From the human T2T-CHM13v2.0 reference genome, Homo sapiens: DNA of 64,000 nt. This document shows positions 62,150 to 64,000 of the stretch, piece after piece (within the stretch, counting starts at the first letter, position 1; each line of letters begins with the position of its first letter). The translations under genes were made by a program, and so were the position numbers. The stretch is from the NCBI RefSeq assembly GCF_009914755.1, contig NC_060937.1. One strand, given 5' to 3'. The notes beneath the pieces are model-generated. The model was not told the DNA's origin. It saw nothing but the letters and a program-made list of their open reading frames with translations, and did not search any database.

Positions 62150-62830
62150 GTCATTTAAATTTATAGTCATATGCAAGACTTACTCTATGAACTAACTAGA
62201 GGTGATTTGAAAACAAGTAGCGAAAGTTAACTGTGAGGTTGCTGTCAAACCCCTGTGAAAAGTTGGGTACTACGGTCTGAAGTCCACAGGCTCTGTCATC
62301 TGGAGAACAGCTGGAGTGACCTCTTGCCAGGAGAAACCTGAGTGTGAGAATCTACATGAACATGTTCCCCCAGTCAACCCTGTGTTTGTGGAAACCATTG
62401 CCTATAGAAAATGCTGCATCAGTGGTGTAGCTTTGGTCAATGTTGCAAAGCTTCTATCCACTGTGTTGAGGACAGTTCCCATCATTTTGCAGTGTTTTGA
62501 CAAAAACATCAACAAAAAATGCTTTTACATGGTAGGCTGCATGATACACATTGATGAAAAATCAGGACAAATACAGTCCCAGCTGTCTGTATATTTTGAA
62601 ATAGGGTGAGAGAAAAACCTTATATGTTTAGAGGCCTTTGGTCTTGCTCATGTTAACGCCTGTTTATTGGCCATTGTGCACACATCGCCTAAAGTGGATG
62701 TAGTCTCAATAACTATTAAGCTTTGCCAACAGCCCATATTTATTTGGTGTGATATTTACTCTCTTCCCAAAGCTTATTTTAACATTTTCAGGAAGCTTGT
62801 GCCATGTTTTCAAAAGGAAGTGATTAAACT
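62150..62830 (+). mobile_element. Ancient RTE-clade LINE relic (L4/MamRTE-like), RT C-terminus and thumb
   Basis: One frame from 62190 reads N*LEVI*KQVAKVNCEVAVKPL*KVGYYGLKSTGSVIWRTAGV...VETIAYRK...LRTVPIILQCFDKNINKKCF. This parallels RTE motifs YLGS..IDxEV..RI.KA..AFGRL..VW, ETW.Y and LR.IL.I.W.DKITN. Confidence 0.5.
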
Positions 62831-64000
62831 GGTCTATTTGTACTTGCTTTAATCTAGTCTCATTTGCAATGGATACAGTTAAAATTGCATATTGAATTTT
62901 GTCATGGGGATTTTATAATTTCAAAAATTCAAAGGACCTAAATATCTTCTATACTTAATTTCTTTGGTCATTTTTGTTAGCTAACTGATGGTGGGAAGAG
63001 TAAAATATAGCTCATAAACAAGCATATGTTTTGGAAGTGTGGGGTTCAAATGGTCATTAGAGAAACATTTTTGAATGTGGTCAAAATGAGCACTAGTATA
63101 AAATCAATGAGTTCTTAATAAATAATATTTTATTTTATCTATTCATGATTATAAATGCATAATTAGCCACTGCAAATGCTAATAGGCATGTATAAAGAGC
63201 TTTTAATTCCCTTTTCAAGTTAACAATTGAAACTGCTAGTGAAATCAAAGATCAGAAGATATATGGATGTATTGGCAGATCTATTCTACTCTATTAATGC
63301 CAAATGTCTGGATTGATTATAAATTCTTATGTCCTCAAAAGGTCTGTTAATACTTACTTCTAAAGATGAAACATACATGTAACTGTGTTTTATTTTCTTT
63401 ATTATTTTGAATTTTGTTTTTTATCTTTGAATTTCTACTTTATGAATTTTATGATTAATATGCATAGGTATAGAAGTTAAATTATATTGTATAATTTAAA
63501 AGTTCTCATGAAAGTGAAATAATTCCAGTAAGATACACTAAAATGTTCAAATTTATAATTCAGGATGAAATAAGAAATCATTATAATGGGTAATTTGGAA
63601 GAACATGAAATAGGTAATGCACTGATAATGAAAAAGATTTAAAAAAAGTTTGAGTAATCAAGAGCTAAGCTATATTGAAGATAAAATAAGTTTTTTTTTC
63701 TATTGACAGAGGATAATTTGCATATTGGAATCAAAAGAAAAAGTTCCCTGAAAAATCATGATTCTTATAGTAATGACTATAATTCTTATAATACTTTCGA
63801 TTTACATGACATTTCTAATTAAGATGACCTTCATGATACATATAAAACAGCATCTAGAATATATCAGCAATTATCGTATAATAAGCACTTAATAAATGTT
63901 AGGAATAGAAGGCTTTACCAATTCATTTTTTAGCAGGAAGTGAAATTCAACTCAATCCTTTTTTTAAGAAAAAATAGCAATAATTTTGTCTGCATCTGGG

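Noticed and set aside
62316-62609. 97-aa ORF as a genuine protein-coding gene
   Set aside because: It has a GTG start and upstream in-frame stops; it is better explained as a decayed LINE RT fragment.

Overview
AT-rich, gene-poor human genomic DNA. A consensus-perfect AluYb8 at 46850 is human-specific. I find no intact protein-coding gene: the listed ORFs are short and derive from Alu, L1, LTR or random AT-rich sequence. The window is a layered record of transposons. It holds about 12 Alus, a full-length but dead old L1PA nested in an L1PB that itself splits an L1ME, Tigger3b, MER5A, MER63, MER91, L2/MIR/L3 relics, a LOR1 LTR with a tRNA-Glu PBS, a MER4 LTR, and three same-orientation ERVL fragments. 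The most notable observations are: (1) an ~80-bp retrocopied mRNA 3' end whose 16-bp TSD duplicates a candidate splice donor of a possible + strand lncRNA; (2) a mostly in-frame relic of an RTE-clade reverse transcriptase near 62.2-62.6 kb; (3) the pristine AluYb8 with a mismatched TSD; (4) an Alu that has gained a canonical G-quadruplex motif; (5) a minisatellite that appears to have arisen inside an Alu TSD. I cannot support a new multi-gene biological system from the sequence alone. Repeat subfamily names come from remembered consensus sequences and need Dfam/RepeatMasker confirmation.
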